A stretch of 54,678 nt of DNA from Trichodelitschia bisporula (taxonomy: Eukaryota), in NCBI GenBank assembly GCA_010356995.1, contig ML996694.1:1115224-1169901 (forward strand), in the 5' to 3' direction. Made by a program: the position numbers and the translations under genes. Every line of letters begins with the position of its first letter. Position 1 is the first letter of the stretch. The notes under the pieces are model-generated. The model saw only the letters and a program-made list of their open reading frames with translations, did not search any database and was not told the DNA's origin. This document shows positions 12,838-27,122 of the stretch, one piece after another.

Positions 12838-13477
12838 GGTTCACGATCTCTGTTCCCGGGTCTGTGCGCAAGCGATGCTGCATACCCAGGCACGCCACCG
12901 GCTCCCGGAAGCAAAGAGAGAAGCCCTTTCCAAAGGCCAAGACTCGTAACAAGAAGTCGATGATTCCATAATGCTGGTGCAGAGCCAGTACGCTCGTAGC
13001 GAACCAGTAGAGAGCCTTACACCGGTGTTCAATGCCCTTTCTGGGGCCTTCCCGTATCTCACTGGCTCTTCCCCCCCCGCCCCCAGCACCATAGGCGCCC
13101 CGCTAAGGGCCCACCATCGCACCCTTCCCCACCAGACCCCGTAACCCCTCCAACAACACCCCGGCTAACTAGGCCCCGTCTCAAGGAACTAACAACCCTT
13201 CTCCTCCCGGTACGAGACAGGCAGCTAAACCTTCGAGTGCAAAGTTCCCCCCTTCCCTTCAATAAATAGTCTGTTAATCCCATCCTATCTTCCCTTTTGA
13301 AGGGTTGTTTTACTCTTCTATTTGTGTGTCTCTCTTATTCCTAATTCACATCACTCTTTCATACCGATTGTTGGGTACGGGCATCAAATTCGTACTTGTT
13401 GTTTCCCCTTACCTTTTTCGCCGCCTCCACGGCGCGCCTAATACCCAACCCAATTGACCTCCTTTCTACCTTTCATA

Positions 13478-16400
13478 ATGAACTTCGGCTTCAGTAACTA
13501 CGATGATTCGGCTGCTCGCACAGGTGTGCCACTTCCGGGTCAAGGTCGGAGAAACAGTCACCAGTACGAAGACATAGCCACGCCAGATGAGCAGCGGGGC
13601 TTGCACCGGACGACGACATCCCAATCTCACGCGCATCGCCCCACCACAGCCACAGCCCCTGAAAGTTCCGCTGAGAAGTCCGACTTGAAGGAGGACATCA
13701 GTACGAAAAAGGACGATGACGATGCCAGCACGGACGAGGAGGACGAGAAGCGCGATCACCGAATCCAGGAACTAGCGCGTCAATTGACGCGCCAGTCGTC
13801 ATTCTCCGTGGCCGGAGATGTCAACCCCTTCAATGCCAAAGAAGACTCACGCGTCAACCCTCAGTCACCCAATTTCTCGGGAAAGACGTGGGCCAAAGCT
13901 GTCCTGCGCACGATTGAGCAGGATCCGAACTCGGGCCCTCTGCGTACTGCTGGTGTCGCATTCCGGAATCTGAATGCGTACGGCTTCGGCACGGCCACCG
14001 ACTACCAGAAGACGGTTGGCAACATTGTGCTCCAGGGTGTCGGGATTGTGCGCCAGCTCTTCGGCTTCGGCAAGCGCCGTATCGATATCCTGCGGGATTT
14101 CGAGGGTGTTGTGTACGCGGGCGAGATGCTGGTGGTGCTCGGCCCCCCTGGTTCAGGGTGCTCTACCTTCTTGAAGGTGCTTGCCGGAGAGACTGACGGC
14201 CTGAACGTGGACGAGAACTCGTACCTGAACTATCAAGGTACGTTGATATCACATGATGCGCGCGAGCGCCATTGCCGTGCGCCATTGCTGACATGAGGTG
14301 AAACAGGCATCAGCGCAAACCAAATGCATAAGTATTTCCGTGGTGAGGCTATCTATACGGCCGAAGTCGACGTTCACTTTCCCATGATGACCGTCGGCGA
14401 CACCTTGAGCTTTGCTGCGCGCGCCCGCGCTCCGCGCATCCCCCCTGGCGGCGTGACTAAGGAGGTCTTTGCCGACCACATGCGTGACGTCGTCATGGCC
14501 ATGTACGGCATTTCGCACACGAACAACACCATGGTTGGCAACGACTTCATCCGCGGTGTCTCCGGTGGTGAGCGCAAGCGCGTGACAATCGCCGAGGCCA
14601 CCCTTTCCCAGGCCCCGCTGCAGTGCTGGGACAACTCGACGCGTGGTCTCGACAGTGCCAACGCTCTTGAGTTCTGCCGGACGCTGCGGATCTCCGCCGA
14701 CGTGATGGGCTCTACCGCTTGCTTGGCCATCTACCAAGCATCGCAGGCCGCGTACGACGTGTTCGACAAGGTCATCGTTCTGTACGAGGGCTATCAGATC
14801 TACTTCGGCCCCTCGCGTGCGGCCAAGCAGTACTTCCTGGACCTGGGCTTTGACTGCCCCGATCGCCAGACCGTGGCTGATTTCTTGACGTCGATGACCA
14901 GCGCCGCCGAGCGTGTTGTGCGTCCGGGATGGGAGAACAGGGTGCCCCGCACAGCGGCAGAATTTGCCCAGAAGTGGAAGGAGTCGGAAACGCGCAAGGC
15001 GCTCCTCGTTGAGATCGACGAGTACGACAAGAAGTACCAGATTGGCGGCGAGTACCTGGAGAAGTTCAAGGTGTCGCGCAAGGCTCAGCAGGCTCGGTCG
15101 CAGCGCATCAAATCGCCTTACACGCTGTCGTATCGCGAGCAGGTCGGACTGTGCTTGTGGCGCGGCTTCGTGCGGCTCAAGGGTGATCCCAGCCTTACGT
15201 TCTCGCAACTGTTCGCCAACTGCATCATGGCTCTTATCGTCGGCAGTGTCTTTTACAACATGAAGCAGGATACGGCCAGCTTCTACTCGCGCGGTGCTCT
15301 GCTTTTCTTCGCCATTTTGCTCAATGCCTTTGGCAGTGCTCTCGAGGTATGTGCGTGCCTTCCCACCTCGAGCCTATTCTAACGTGCCAGATTCTTACGC
15401 TTTATGCGCAACGACCCATCGTCGAGAAGCATTCCCGCTACGCCTTTTACCATCCGTCCGCCGAAGCCTTCGCCAGCATGTTAACTGATATGCCGTACAA
15501 GATTGCGAATGCCATATTTTTCAATCTTGTGCTGTACTTCATGACCAATCTGCGACGTGAACCGGGAGCCTTCTTCTTCTTCCTGCTGGTTTCGTTCACC
15601 CTGACGTTGACCATGTCCATGTTCTTCCGAACACTCGCATCCGTCTCTCGAACTCTGTCCCAAGCCATGGTTCCCGCCGCTATCCTCATCCTCGCCATCG
15701 TCATCTTCACCGGTTTCGCCATTCCAACGCGGTACATGTTAGGCTGGTCACGCTGGATCAATTACTTGGATCCCGTTGCGTATGGCTTCGAATCGCTCCT
15801 GATCAACGAGTTTCATGGTCGCAACTTCACCTGCTCCACCTTTGTGCCAACCGGTCCTGGTTACGGCAGTGCGGCTGGGTTGAACCATGTCTGCACTGCC
15901 GTCGGCTCCAAGGCTGGGCTGTCAGTTGTGACTGGCACTGACTACATCGTTTCATCCTTCAACTACTCCCCGTCGAACAAATGGAGAAATTATGGCATCC
16001 TCATCGCATTCATGCTCTTCCTCATGGCTACCTACTTAGGCGCTGTCGAGTTGATCTCTGGGAAGAAGTCGAAGGGCGAAGTCTTGGTGTTCCGGCGTGG
16101 CCACACCCCCGCCGCTCTGAAGCACGCCGACCGGCCTCGGTCGAAGGAGGACCTGGAAGCTGGCACCCCGCCTAGTACAGCTCTGTTGCAACCCGGCGGG
16201 CTGCAACCGCCTGCCAGTGGTGCTAACAGCCCGAAGGCTCAATCGATCCTGAAGCAGTCATCCGTCTTCTCGTGGCGCAACGTCTGCTACGACATCAAGA
16301 TCAAGAAGGAACCGCGCCGCATCCTTGACAATGTTGACGGTTGGGTCAAGCCTGGCACGCTGACTGCGCTCATGGGCGTCTCTGGTGCCGGGAAGACTAC

Positions 16401-18216
16401 TCTCCTCGATGTCCTGGCTTCGCGTGTCACGATGGGTGTTATCACCGGCGACATGTTGGTTGACGGCCGCCCACGCGATGCGTCTTTCCAGCGCAAGACC
16501 GGCTACGTGCAGCAGCAGGATCTCCACCTTTCCACGTCTACCGTCCGCGAGGCGCTCAACTTCAGCGCCCTGCTCCGCCAGCCTGCGAACATTTCGCGCA
16601 AGGAAAAGCTCGAGTATGTCGATGAGGTGATTAAGCTGCTGGAAATGGAGGAGTATGCCGACGCCGTTGTCGGTGTGCCTGGCGAGGGCCTGAACGTTGA
16701 GCAGCGCAAGCGCCTCACCATCGGCGTCGAACTTGCCGCGAAGCCCCAACTGCTACTCTTCCTCGACGAGCCGACTTCCGGCCTGGATTCGCAGACGTCC
16801 TGGGCCATTTGCAATCTCATGGAGAAGCTTACCAACAGCGGCCAGGCCATTCTGTGCACCATCCACCAGCCGTCCGCCATGTTGTTCCAGCGCTTCGACC
16901 GCCTGCTGTTCCTCAAGAGCGGCGGCCAGACCGTGTACTTTGGCGAGATCGGCAAGAACTCCTCGATCCTGACGGCGTACTTTGAGCGGAACGGCGCGGC
17001 GCCCTGCCCGCCTGATGCTAACCCCGCTGAGTGGATGCTCGAGGTCATTGGTGCAGCGCCCGGATCCAAAACTGATATCGACTGGACGGCGACGTGGCGT
17101 GGTAGCCCTGAGTATGCTGAGATCCAAAGGGAACTGGACCAGATCAATGCGGAGCGTCTCGCGGCGACGGCTGACCAGACTGATGAGGCTAACAAGAGCG
17201 CGTACCGCGAGTTTGCGGCGACTTTCCCGACTCAACTGTGGGAAGTGCAGAAGCGTGTCTTTGAGCAGTACTGGCGTACGCCGAGCTACATCTATTCCAA
17301 GATGGCGCTCTGCTTGTTCTCGTCCCTCTTCATTGGCTTTGCCTTCTTCAATACGCCTCTCAGCCAACAAGGTCTCCAGAATCAGATGTTCGCCATCTTC
17401 ACGCTCCTCACCATCTTCGGCCAGCTCGTCCAGCAAATCATGCCTCACTTCGTCACCCAGCGCGCCCTTTACGAGGTGCGCGAGCGCCCGTCCAAGACGT
17501 ACTCGTGGAAGGCCTTCATGCTGTGCAACATCATGGTCGAGCTGCCCTGGCAGACACTGATGGCCGCCATCATGTACTTCTGCTGGTACTATCCGATCGG
17601 GATGTACAAGAACGCGATGCCTACGGACGCGGTCACATCGCGTGGCGCGCTGATGTTCCTGCTCATCTGGGTGTTCATGATCTTCACGTCGACCTTTACG
17701 CACATGTGCATCGCAGCGATTGAGACGGCGGAGACGGGTGGCAACATTGCGCAGCTGCTTTTCTCCCTGTCGCTCATCTTCTGCGGTGTGCTTGCTGGCC
17801 CGTCGTCCCTGCCTGGCTTCTGGATCTTCATGTACCGCGTCTCGCCGTTCACGTACCTCGTCTCGGCCGTCCTGTCGACTGGGCTGGCGAACACCAATGT
17901 GCACTGCGCCTCCAACGAGTACCTCCACTTCAAGCCCCCGAACGGCTCAACCTGCGGCGAGTACATGGATCCGTACATCAAGTTCGCGAGCGGTTATCTG
18001 CTGGACCGGGAGGCGACGGACGACTGCAGCTTCTGCGCCATCAGCAGTACCAACACCTTCCTTGCCGCGGTCAGCTCGGACTTCAATGACCGGTGGCGGA
18101 ACTTTGGAATTATGTGGGTGTATGTGGCATTCAATACGGCGGCGGCGCTGTTCTTCTACTGGTACTTCCGGATGCCCAAGGGGGAGCGCAAGGAGAAGAA
18201 GAAGAAGGCGGAGTAA
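13478..18216 (+). CDS. Full-size pleiotropic drug resistance ABC transporter (ABCG; Pdr5/Cdr1/AbcG1-like)
   Basis: NBD1 [18 protein letters not shown] and CWD (degenerate PDR site); NBD2 [16 protein letters not shown] and LDEPTSGLD; two TMDs. Introns 14238-14306 and 15347-15390. Confidence 0.96.
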
Positions 18217-18680
18217 ACATAATGTGTTGGTAGATCACTAGACGACCTTTCTGTGTGTTTTCTTTAGGTATTGGCTCATCTCTCCAAGCTTGCACCTTGT
18301 CGGCTGTTTGAGCGGGGGCTTGTCATAGAATTTAGACTTGTAGGAATATATAATCATCTAGACACACTTTCGCTTCAACGCTCTGCTTGTGCTGCTCCCT
18401 CTAGGTATTCTGATATCTGGATATATGACCGCGTGGGGAAAGACTCGAGAATCTCGACCAAGACGGCTAGCGGCGGGCACGCGGGGCTTGAATTTGCATG
18501 TGAGTGGGGCAAGCCAGGACCCTAAACACACTACGGTACCGACCCACTGGGCATCACACACGCCTAGTCGCGGGGCGCGTCAAAACTTCCAATCCTTTTT
18601 TTCTCTCTTCCCCTCCCCCTAGCATTTTCATTGCTAGGGCGGCACTTCAACACCACAAATACTCGCATCAATCCGCAATC

Positions 18681-20672
18681 ATGAAATACGTATTAGTGTC
18701 TGGAGGTATCTACCGGTACAATTTTTACACAGGCGCCAGCTAACCCCGCTACTTAGGTGTGATCAGCGGTGTGGGCAAGGGCATAATCGGTACGCCTGTT
18801 GTCTAGAATTTCTGAGCCGTCTAACTCGCGTCAACAGCTTCGTCCACGGGCCTGCTGCTCAAGACCATCGGGCTTAAGATACGTACTCCGGCTCTTCGCG
18901 TGCTTCCCCGCTAACAGTCACACGTCTCATCGATCAAGGTCGACCCATACCTCAATGTCGATGCGGGGACTATGAACCCAAAAGAGTGCGTCTGATGGGC
19001 CCACCTTATAGCGACGCTGACCCAATAGGCATGGCGAAGTCTTTGTCCTCGACGACGGCGGCGAAGTCGACCTCGATCTCGGCAACTACGAGCGGTATCT
19101 CAACGTCACGCTGACACGCGACAACAACATAACGACGGGCAAGATATATAAGCACGTTATTGAGCGGGAGCGCAAGGGCGATTACCTGGGCCGCACGGTG
19201 CAGGTGGTGCCGCATGTCACGGACGCGATTCAGGAGTGGATCGAGCGCGTGGCGAAGATTCCGGTGGATGATACGGGCGAGGAGCCGGATGTCTGCATCA
19301 TCGAGCTTGGTGGCACGGTTGGCGATATCGAGAGCATGCCCTTTGTTGAGGCTATGACGCAGCTGCGGCGCCGTGCGGGCAAGGGCAACTTTCTCCAGAT
19401 CCATGTTTCGTACATTCCGGTCATTCATGGGGAGCAGAAGACGAAGCCCACGCAGCAGGCCATTCGTGGTGTGCGCAGTGCGGGTCTCATTCCGGATCTG
19501 GTGGGTCGCCTTGCATGATTCCCGAAGACACCGCTGACCGATAGATTGCGTGCCGCTGCGAAATGGAGCTCGAGAAGAGCACGGTTGAGAAAATCGCACA
19601 CTTTTGTCAGGTCGACGTAGAGCAAGTCATCGTCGTCCGGGACATGCCCTCTATCTACCAGGTGCCGGTCCTCCTGGAGGAACAGGGCCTCATCCCTTTG
19701 CTCAAGCAGGGGCTGCAGCTCGACGCCACCATCGAGCCTGACATGCTCACCCGCGGCAAGCACATCTGGCAGCAATGGAGGACCCTAACCACGCCGAACC
19801 AAAACTTCTACGAGCCACTCTCCATCGCGCTGGTCGGGAAGTACACCACCTTCCACGACTCCTACCTCAGCGTGATCAAGGCGCTCGAGCACAGCGCTAT
19901 GCGCTGCCGCCGCCGCCTCACCATTATGTGGGTGGACAGCGAGCACCTCGAGCCTGCGGCCCAGGAGACGGATCCCGCGAAGTACCACAAGGCGTGGCAT
20001 AACGTGTGCACTGCGGACGGGATTCTCGTCCCCGGCGGCTTCGGCGACCGCGGCACCGAGGGCATGATTGCCGCCGCCCGCTGGGCCCGTGAGAATAAGC
20101 GCCCCTACTTGGGTATCTGCCTCGGGATGCAGATTGCAGTGATTGAGTTCGCGCGCAATGTTGTTGGGATGGCGGGGGCTACGTCGGAGGAGTTTGTGGC
20201 CAAGGATGCCGAAGGGAAACCTGCCGCGAAGACCGATCAACTGGCCATCGTCTTCATGCCTGAAATCGACAAGACGACTATGGGCGGCACGATGCGCCTC
20301 GGCCGCCGGCCGACGCACTTCCAGCCCGGCAGCGAGTGGAGCAAGCTGCGCGCGCTGTACGGCGGGAAGGAAACGATTGACGAGCGGCACCGGCACAGAT
20401 ACGAAGTCAACCCCGAGGTTATTGCGCGGCTGCAGGAGAAGGGGCTGGCGTTTGTGGGGAAGGATGATAGTGGGGTGCGGATGGAGGTTGTGGAGCTGGC
20501 GAAGGAGGTGGAGCATCCGTGGTTTGTGGGCGTCCAATTTCACCCTGAGTATTTGAGCCGCGTGCTGGAGCCGAGCCGCCCGTATTTGGGGTTTGTGGCG
20601 GCGAGTGCGGGGGTTCTGGCGGAGGTTACGGAGAGTGTTGGGGGACGGGCGGAGGTTAATGGGCATTTTTAG
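18681..20672 (+). CDS. URA7: CTP synthase
   Basis: [68 protein letters not shown] and QFHPE. Introns 18706-18756, 18790-18837, 18879-18923 (AT-AC), 18986-19028 and 19501-19544. Confidence 0.97.
18879..18923 (+). other. Non-canonical AT-AC spliceosomal intron (U2-type signals) in URA7
   Basis: Exon ...GGG CTT AAG | ATACGT...GCTAAC AGTCACAC | GTC TCA TCG ATC AAG restores [12 protein letters not shown]. Retention gives an in-frame TAA, and I found no GT/GC-AG pair that keeps the frame. Confidence 0.8.
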
Positions 20673-20868
20673 GGAGTCTGGGGGGATATGCGGTATCTGG
20701 CCAAGGGTGCTAAGATATACTGGGGATATAAAGTGGGATAGAGGGAATGTATCATGGCGTTATGGCATGAGGGAGTGATTGCTGTTTGCAAGTGAGGTTC
20801 CGATGTGATGCTCCAGACCGACGACACGGCGTTATCATCCGCCTACATCTGCCTCCCTACACACCCGC

Positions 20869-22056
20869 CTAATACCCCGTAACCGGCTTCGGCAAATACG
20901 CATCCTCAAGATACTTCACATCCCCCTCCCCCAACCTAACCCTAACATTCTCCACCGCCTCATCAATCCTCATCCTACTATTCAACCCAAGAATAGGCAC
21001 ACACCCCTTACCCAGCACCCACGCCGTCGCCACCGCCGCCATACTAACTCCCTTCCGGCGTGCTACCTCCTCCACGCGATTCACAATCGCAGCATCGACG
21101 TCCGTTTCCCTCGCCCTTATCAAGCCCACCAAGAACGCATCCGTTGTTTCGCGTTTCGAATCGCGGCTGCCCCAGGGCCGGGCGAGCACTCCGCGCGCGA
21201 GGGGAGACCAGGGTATGAGCCCGACGCCTGTGGCACGGCAGTAGGGCAGCATTTCGCGCTCCTCCTCGCGGTAGAGCAGGTTGTAGTAGGGCTGCATGCT
21301 TATGAAGCGGTGCCAGTTGCGCTGCGTGGCTATGGTTTGGAGGAGTTGGAATTCCCAGGCTGCCATCTAGGCGGGGAGGGAGGGGGGAGGGGACGTTAGC
21401 CGAGTCGCCCTGGGGGAGAAAGGGGAAGGGTGATGGGGAGGGTATATGAGAGGGAAAGGGAAACGCACCGAGCTGGCCCCGATGTACCGCACCATCCCGC
21501 TCTCAACCACGTCGTTGAGCGCGCGCATGATTTCCTCCCCCGGGGTGTCGCGGTCGAGGCGGTGCACTTGCAGGACGTCGATATATGTCCCCAGACGCTT
21601 GGTACTCGCTTCCACCGCATCGAAGATGTGTTTCCTGGATAACCCGACTCTATTAACCCACACCCCGTCATTAGCCGCCAGCGCCGCAATCGGCGGCTGG
21701 TTACCACTCCCATCAACGCCAAAGAAGAGTTTCGTCATGATAACCACCCCTTGCCGGGGGATTTCGTACGTGCGCAGCGCTTTGCCGATGATTTCCTCGG
21801 AGCGGCCGTTGGAGTACGTGTCGGCGGTGTCCCAGGTGTTGATTCCCCGCTCGAAGGCGTGTTTGAGGAGCGGGAGGGCTTCGTCTTCGTTTAGCACCCA
21901 GTGTTGCCAGTCGCTGGAGCCGTAGGACATGCAGCCGAGGATGATTTTGGAGATCTTCAAACCCGAGTTTCCGAGACTGCTCACATATCAGCTCCATTCC
22001 ACCGCAGCATCATGAACCGAGCAAGATGGGAGAGAAGCATACTTAACATACTCCAT
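20869..22056 (-). CDS. Aldo-keto reductase (aryl-alcohol dehydrogenase-like)
   Basis: MEYVN|LGNSGLKISKIILGCMSYG, WDTADTYSNG, YIDVLQVHR, YIGASS|MAAWEF and PWSPLARG. Introns 22042-21977 and 21468-21367. The upstream frame is open, so the start codon is uncertain. Confidence 0.9.
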
Positions 22057-22927
22057 CCCCCACCCACCCCCGCCCACACCCAGCGGACCCCCCACTCCCA
22101 ACCCTCCACCAGCAACACCCGGCGGCCCAGCCGTAGCACTCACACTCCCCAACCCAACCATACTCCCCCTAACATGAAGTCCATTCCCAATCGGCCCCCT
22201 CGGAGACCCGTTCATCATCTCTCCCTTCCCGCTCTTCACGACTCAAGTCCCGGTTTCGAACCCCACAGTTGCCCCACACGCTAGCTCCCGGATGGCGGAC
22301 TAGTCAAACTCAAATCCCACCCGCCGTGATCCGGACCCAGGCTCCGGAAGTCAACGAACCGTTGGTGTGAGAATGTGTTGTGAGATTGTGTGGTTGAGCT
22401 CACCGGTTCCTGATGTTCGTCGTACAGTGGTGGTGGTGTTCCGATCTCGGCTGCAGCCTTGTTAGCCCTAGCCTCGTCGCGTGGTCGAGCCTCGTCTTCG
22501 AAGCAGTCTGTCCGAAGAGTCGTCTCGCCGCTTGCTAGAATAGAGCTCCATCACCAACAAGATATACCTACCAGCTACTCCGCCAGCACAGCTCAAGTCC
22601 CGCCAGCGAACCACCCCACCATCCCGCCAAACCCCTCCCCCCGCAGACGCAGCATGACCTGGACCAGCGCAATTGGCCAGCCAGCCCAGCCATCTAAAAA
22701 GCAAGCAACCTCACCCGTGGTGATCATGGGAACTACTCAGGAATCGGCAACATCACAATCACAGCATCAGCACGAAAATAGTAATAAGGATAGAATTGGG
22801 ACGTAGCCCATGCCTTCATTTAGTCATAGCTAAATACCGCCCTCAGACGCGCCGGCCCCCGGCCCGTCCCAATAACCATAGTCACAGAACGCCATGCAAG
22901 AAGATCGAACAGACACACACCAGTAGG

Positions 22928-23899
<972 letters not shown>

Positions 23900-24986
23900 G
23901 GCGATACTTGTCAGGCGTTTGAAGGTATGTGTGGTGGTTGAGGTTCAGGAGCACCGTCGGTGGTGGCGGAGAGGTAGAGCAGAGGGCGGGCGAAGTGGGT
24001 GGAGTGAATGTTTGGGAGGGGGCAGTAAAGCGTTTGTGAGTTGTAGGAGAGTTGGAGGAAGATGGAGGGGCGGAGGCCTTAAATAGAGCAGTGGGGGGGG
24101 TGAGTGGCAGGTGGTGGCAGGTGGTTCAGGTGCCTTGTCCAGGGCTGGGCGGGGGACTGGCGCTTCAACGGGGCAAGAGCGACAGTGTGGCGGTGGGGGA
24201 GGGGGGAGGATGACTAGCCGGGAAGCCACGGCGGGGGCGCATGAAGGAGGGGGCGGGGGAGCATCGGGCATTCTAGCGGTTTCGGCGAGTGACTGTTGAT
24301 TGTTTATCGCCTGTTGCCTTCCCTCCTCTTCTTGGTCCCTGTAGCTGCTTCTTCTCCGACACTTCTCCTGGTTGACAAATGCCCTTTCTGCAACGGTCTG
24401 TCGGCTATCGGTATCGGGATGGTTGGATCCTTCCCCTGCCATCCTCTCCCGTCCTCTCCCATTCACGACCACATGATGATAAGACATGGGCCGATACTCG
24501 CACCATCGCGCCCTTTCCCGACCAACAAAGCCAGCCGCTGCCGGCCAGCTCCCCCTCCACCCGCCAGGCCCAATCAGAATGATGCCGCCGTCGGCTGTGC
24601 TACGTCATTGACTGCATGCGACTGCTTACTTAGTATCTGTGCACGGGCCGTGCTTGGAAATATGATAAGATCACGGGCATCCGCACCTGCACCGCCACGA
24701 TCTAGCCTCGTCTGTTCGACGCGCGGAAAGGACGCCACCAGAAGTCTGCCTGCCGCACGGGACGGCCAGTGGAGTGGGTGTTGTTCGGCAGAGTCACCGG
24801 TGTTGCCTTTCCGTGTCGCGTTTAGGTACAGTACGAGGCTCGTTCGCTTCACTGCCTGGAGCATGACGTTCTGGAGTGGGTGGAGAATGTCCACAATAAA
24901 ACTGACGCGTCTTTTGGAATTCACCGAGCTAAAATCGGCCATCTAGGCCTCTCCGCAGCCTTCTCATCTCACCCGACACGGCGTCC

Positions 24987-25535
24987 CTAATCCGACCCGC
25001 GAATCCCCACCGCCGTGCCCAACTCCTCCTTCAACACCTTCCCAGCGACCTCGATCGGCTTACAGGGCTGCAGAACAAACAACATGCGGCACCACTCCGT
25101 CGGACTCGGGTTGCGCCAGGCATGCATCGTGCCGCGCTGGACGCACACATCCCCCCTCTTGAGATGCCGCGTCTCCCCACTGTCGAGCACACACTCGATC
25201 TCCCCCTCCAGCACAACGCCGTAATCCAGACTGACGGTCCGATGCATCGCATGCATCTCCCCGGGCACGAAGTCGACGTGCCGCAGGATCGTGCCCCCGC
25301 TCGTCGACAGCCCCGGCGGCGACGCGAGGTACTTCTTGTAGTTCTCGATGTCCGCATCCCCCGCAGTGTCGACGGGGAAGCCCTGAGTCGCGTAGGAGAG
25401 CGCGAAGCCCAGGTTGTCGGGTAGCGGGTTCATTTTGCTTTCGTCGGGGACGGCGGTGGAGAAGATGGCTTTCCCTTCGTCGTTGTGCATCGTGATGAAG
25501 CGGTTGACGGGGCGGAGGGCGCCGACGTGGGCCAT
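24987..25535 (-). CDS. Cupin_2 domain protein
   Basis: Intronless 182-aa ORF with MHRTVSLDYGVVLEG and GDVCVQRGTMHAWRN cupin motifs. Confidence 0.9.
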   Translation of the reverse strand: MAHVGALRPVNRFITMHNDEGKAIFSTAVPDESKMNPLPDNLGFALSYATQGFPVDTAGDADIENYKKYLASPPGLSTSGGTILRHVDFVPGEMHAMHRTVSLDYGVVLEGEIECVLDSGETRHLKRGDVCVQRGTMHAWRNPSPTEWCRMLFVLQPCKPIEVAGKVLKEELGTAVGIRGSD

Positions 25536-26255
25536 GGTTGCGGTGTTGGGGCGGTAGGCTGGGTAGGCTGAAGCGTGTGGAGTATGGAGGACGGTGAGGA
25601 GTAACAGTCTGTAGGAGAGCTAGAGATGCGCTTTTGAACCTCCTCATCGCGCCTCCCCGCTTCGGACACCGACTCTCAGGCACCGTAACCCCGCACTCCG
25701 TCTGACCTGCACGCTCCATTGGGCGTCGCTCCTCAACGCGGTGCCTCAACGCCCGTCGATCGTACACCCGCATCAAACGATCTCAACACAGACAGTAGCA
25801 TGACATAGCAAACAATACTCAAATAACATACAAATCAACCCTCAACCGTCAGCATATCTCGGTATCTCTCCGTGTAACCTTCCCCTCACCTCAGATCGCC
25901 AACACCCCCGCCCCCCCTCTCCCCATCGCGCACAGACCCACCCGCACGCAGCCAAGCCCCACCCCAGTCCACGCCGCCAGTCGCGTCTCGCGCGCCGCAC
26001 CCATCGACGCGCGCATCTGCGCAACGTTTTGTCTGGCAGCAAACCGCGTTGCACAAGCAGGATCGTACATACAACGTACCCAACCGCCAGCAAAGCCCAC
26101 CCTATCCGCTGACCTCCCATTCCTCCTCTCTCATTCCCCTCCTATCCACCAGTCTCCCATCCAACCTCACCCCAAAACCCAACCTCAAACCTACGACTAC
26201 CACCGCCCCCCGCGCTACAGCGAACCTCCACGATACAGAGCTACACGCTCGGCAT

Positions 26256-27122
26256 ATGGACAAGCGCCCCAACCCCACCACAACCCTCCCCATGCGCCCC
26301 TACCCCCCCAACACCCTCACCCGCGGCGCCCCAGCCGGCGGCGGCGACAGACCCACGGCCGGCGGAGGCGGACCATACACCGCCGGCCCCGGCGAGCGAG
26401 CCTACGCCGGGCCCGCGCGCGACCGAGCCGCAGGCGAGGGCCGAGCAGGTGAGGGACGGGCCGGAGGCCGAGCAACCGGTGCCGAAGCGCTGAGCGAACT
26501 GAGCGAGGAGCAGCGGGAAGAAATCAACGAAGCTGTGAGTGCCCTTCGGGGAGGGGAAGAGGGTTGGGAGTATAGGTATGGGTGTTAAAATGAAAAACAG
26601 TTCCAACTCTTCGACCTAGACAAAGACGGCTACATCGACTACCATGAACTCAAAGTCGCCATGAAAGCCCTAGGCTTCGATCTACCGAAAAGCGAAATCA
26701 CGTCCTTACTCCACGCGCACGGCGTCCCTGCGACCGCGGTGCCCGGGACGGGGAAGGCGAAGGCGGGGGAGAGGGGGCCGACGAAGTTACTCATGAGTCT
26801 GAGCACATTCCAAAACCTCGTAGGCTTCCCCCCTTTTTCCCTCTATTATTGTAGGGGAGTTCAAGGTCGCTCGCTGACGCTCGCTCCCTAGATGGCGCAA
26901 CGCATCCTCGCCCGCGACCCCCGTGACGAAATCCTGCGCGCCTTCGCGCTGTTCGACGCCGAGGGCAAGGGGGGGATTACGTTACAGGACCTGCGGAGGG
27001 TGGCTAGGGAACTGGGCGAGGGGTTGCAGGAGGAGGAGCTTGCGGCTATGATTGAGGAGTTTGATCTGGATGGGGATGGGGCGATTAGTCAGGAGGAGTT
27101 TGTGGGGATATGCCTTGGGTAG
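26256..27122 (+). CDS. CDC31: Centrin (EF-hand spindle pole body protein) with a low-complexity N-terminal extension
   Basis: [53 protein letters not shown] and [18 protein letters not shown]. Introns 26535-26600 and 26820-26891. Confidence 0.92.

Noticed and set aside
14249..17981. Long antisense ORFs (319, 391 and 230 aa) over the ABC transporter, and similar ones over URA7, CDC4 and SEC3
   Set aside because: These are shadows of GC-rich biased codon usage on the opposite strand or frame, with no recognisable motifs.
18879..18923. U12 (minor spliceosome) intron interpretation
   Set aside because: It lacks the ATATCCTT donor and TTCCTTAAC branch consensus; the signals are U2-like.
20869..21984. 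AKR appears as two abutting ORFs (stop immediately followed by ATG), suggesting read-through or a split gene
   Set aside because: The TAG is the acceptor of canonical intron 21468-21367.
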